From an uncultured Actinomycetes bacterium (GTDB lineage Bacteria; Actinomycetota; Acidimicrobiia; IMCC26256; PALSA-610), in NCBI GenBank assembly GCA_963701825.1, contig CAVPBG010000002.1:1248744-1312743 (forward strand): a stretch of DNA of 64,000 nucleotides. Reading direction: 5' to 3'. The notes beneath the pieces are model-generated. The model made no database searches. It was not told the origin of the DNA and saw nothing but the letters and a program-made list of their open reading frames with translations. Positions 63,901 to 64,000 of this stretch are shown here, one piece after another. Positions within the stretch are counted from its first letter, which is position 1; every line of letters starts with the position of its first letter. The position numbers were made by a program, and so were the translations under genes.

Positions 63901-64000
63901 TGTGGCCGTGGATCGCCAAGACGCGGCTCTCCACGCCGGGCGTCGGCCTCATCTCGCCGCCGCCGCACCACGACATCTATTCGATCGAAGACCTGAAGCA
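60969..64000 (+). CDS. gltB: Glutamate synthase large subunit, 5' two-thirds (runs off the right edge)
   Basis: The ATG at 60969 gives [45 protein letters not shown] (Ntn amidotransferase Cys). The window ends in the FMN domain at [20 protein letters not shown]. It is not in the ORF track because there is no stop in the window. Confidence 0.92.
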   Translation, partial: MELTARNEDDTAVVERELPPLYDPRFEHDACGVGFVVDMKGRKSHGIVDQALTAVCCLNHRGAAGAEPDTGDGAGILVQMPDAFYRDTVGFELPAAGAYATGIAFMPVDRVDATTDAVAKVLADEGFAVLGWRAVPVERDCPGASAREQMPAFVQVFVAKNGLVGDELERHVYLARKRIEHETDAYFASLSGRVVVYKGMLTPDQLGEFYADLRDERFESALALVHSRFSTNTFPSWPLAHPYRMLAHNGEINTVQGNENWMRAREGVMASDLLPGDLERAFPICTPAASDTARFDEALELLNLAGRPLHHAILMMIPEAWENHESMDAPRKAFYRYHAALMEPWDGPASIAFSDGTVIGAVLDRNGLRPSRYWVTDDDRVIMASEVGVLDVDPAKIVKKGRLEPGKIFLVDTTQGRIIPDEEIKADLAAQAPYQEWLDAGLVHLDDLPPQFPLVPQHSSAVQQQRMFGYTEEDLRLIIAPMARNAVESLGSMGTDTPAAVLSDRPRMLYDYFKQLFAQVTNPPLDANFEALVTSLNSALGPEGNLLDPTAASCRQIVCASPILTNEELAKLRYIDDTDSAVPGFTPFSVYCHYPVAEGGEGLRMAIDNVRTQVSAAIANGANLVILSDRYADAENAPIPALLITSAVHHHLVREKTRTRVGLVVETGEAREVHHFALLLGYGAGGINPYLAFDTIRDLCREGVLSGMSERKAVKNYVKAAGKGILKVMSKMGISTVASYTGAQIFEAVGLQKALVDEYFTGTASRIEGIDLEVIASEVSRRHNFAYPERPAELAHRELTIGGEYQWRREGEYHLFNPETVFKLQHSTRSGRYDVFKQYTKLVDEQSRRIATLRGLFELRTDARPPVPIEEVEPVEAIVKRFSSGAMSYGSISKEAHENIAIAMNRLGARSNTGEGGEDPDRFVRDANGDSRRSAIKQVASGRFGVTSEYLVNADDLQIKMAQGAKPGEGGELPGHKVWPWIAKTRLSTPGVGLISPPPHHDIYSIEDLK

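Noticed and set aside
61020-63971. 445-aa and 512-aa minus-strand ORFs, plus the plus-strand ORFs at 61058-62230 and 62276-62974
   Set aside because: All overlap the gltB reading frame, whose translation is unmistakable (CGVGFVVDM...; [20 protein letters not shown]). They have shadow-type composition.
1-64000. Search for tRNA, rRNA, CRISPR, IS elements, integrases, toxin-antitoxin pairs or known defence-system genes
   Set aside because: No cloverleaf-like or rRNA-like segments were recognised in the intergenic regions, and no transposase, integrase or phage motifs in any frame. Intergenic regions are short and are accounted for by hairpins, repeats and the riboswitch listed above. By-eye screening cannot exclude small ncRNAs.

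Overview
This is a roughly 70% G+C, gene-dense window of about 60 genes with an Actinomycetota-like character. The pointers to that lineage are two mycothiol-type DinB/MDMPI proteins, an HU protein with a Lys/Ala-rich tail, KstR-type operator boxes, and leaderless or ATGA-coupled gene starts. I found no rRNA, tRNA, CRISPR array, transposase, integrase or prophage genes. All calls rest on reading the translations and motifs by eye; no similarity search was run.

Main content:
1. Acyl-CoA / steroid-like catabolic genes are scattered across the window. They comprise two thiolase(Ltp)+DUF35+family-III CoA-transferase sets, four acyl-CoA dehydrogenases, an enoyl-CoA hydratase, a MaoC hotdog protein, two acyl-CoA ligases, a P450, an Mcr-like racemase, and a TetR gene with KstR-type boxes.
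2. Three tandem amidohydrolase_2 paralogs are translationally coupled to the racemase.
3. Two adjacent giant secreted repeat proteins carry a 6 x 42-aa propeller-like module followed by 9-10 Cys-paired Ig-like modules. A third protein fuses the same propeller to a glucosaminidase-type cell-wall hydrolase domain. I cannot name a family for these repeats, and I consider this set the best candidate for something undescribed.
4. A TPP riboswitch drives a thiN-thiBPQ thiamine salvage operon.
5. Housekeeping genes are present: gltA, gltB (5' part), HU, an ABC-F ATPase, a SpoU methyltransferase, AlkA and AlkB.

Unexplained sequence-level structure:
- At least four genes are frame-disrupted (one giant protein, an SDR, an OSBS-like enolase, and a cyclase with no usable stop). 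For the SDR, the OSBS-like gene, the cyclase and possibly the giant protein's N-terminal shift, the disruption lies in a short (CG)n tract and is repairable by +/-2 nt.
- A three-copy family of long palindromic elements sits directly after stop codons.
- Several 12-13-nt microsatellites are present, one of them strongly G-quadruplex-prone.
- A duplicated CTGAC-N6-GTCAG operator-like palindrome lies in the divergent ACAD/P450 promoter region.

Many long ORFs in the track are antisense or out-of-frame shadows typical of high-GC DNA, and I rejected them.
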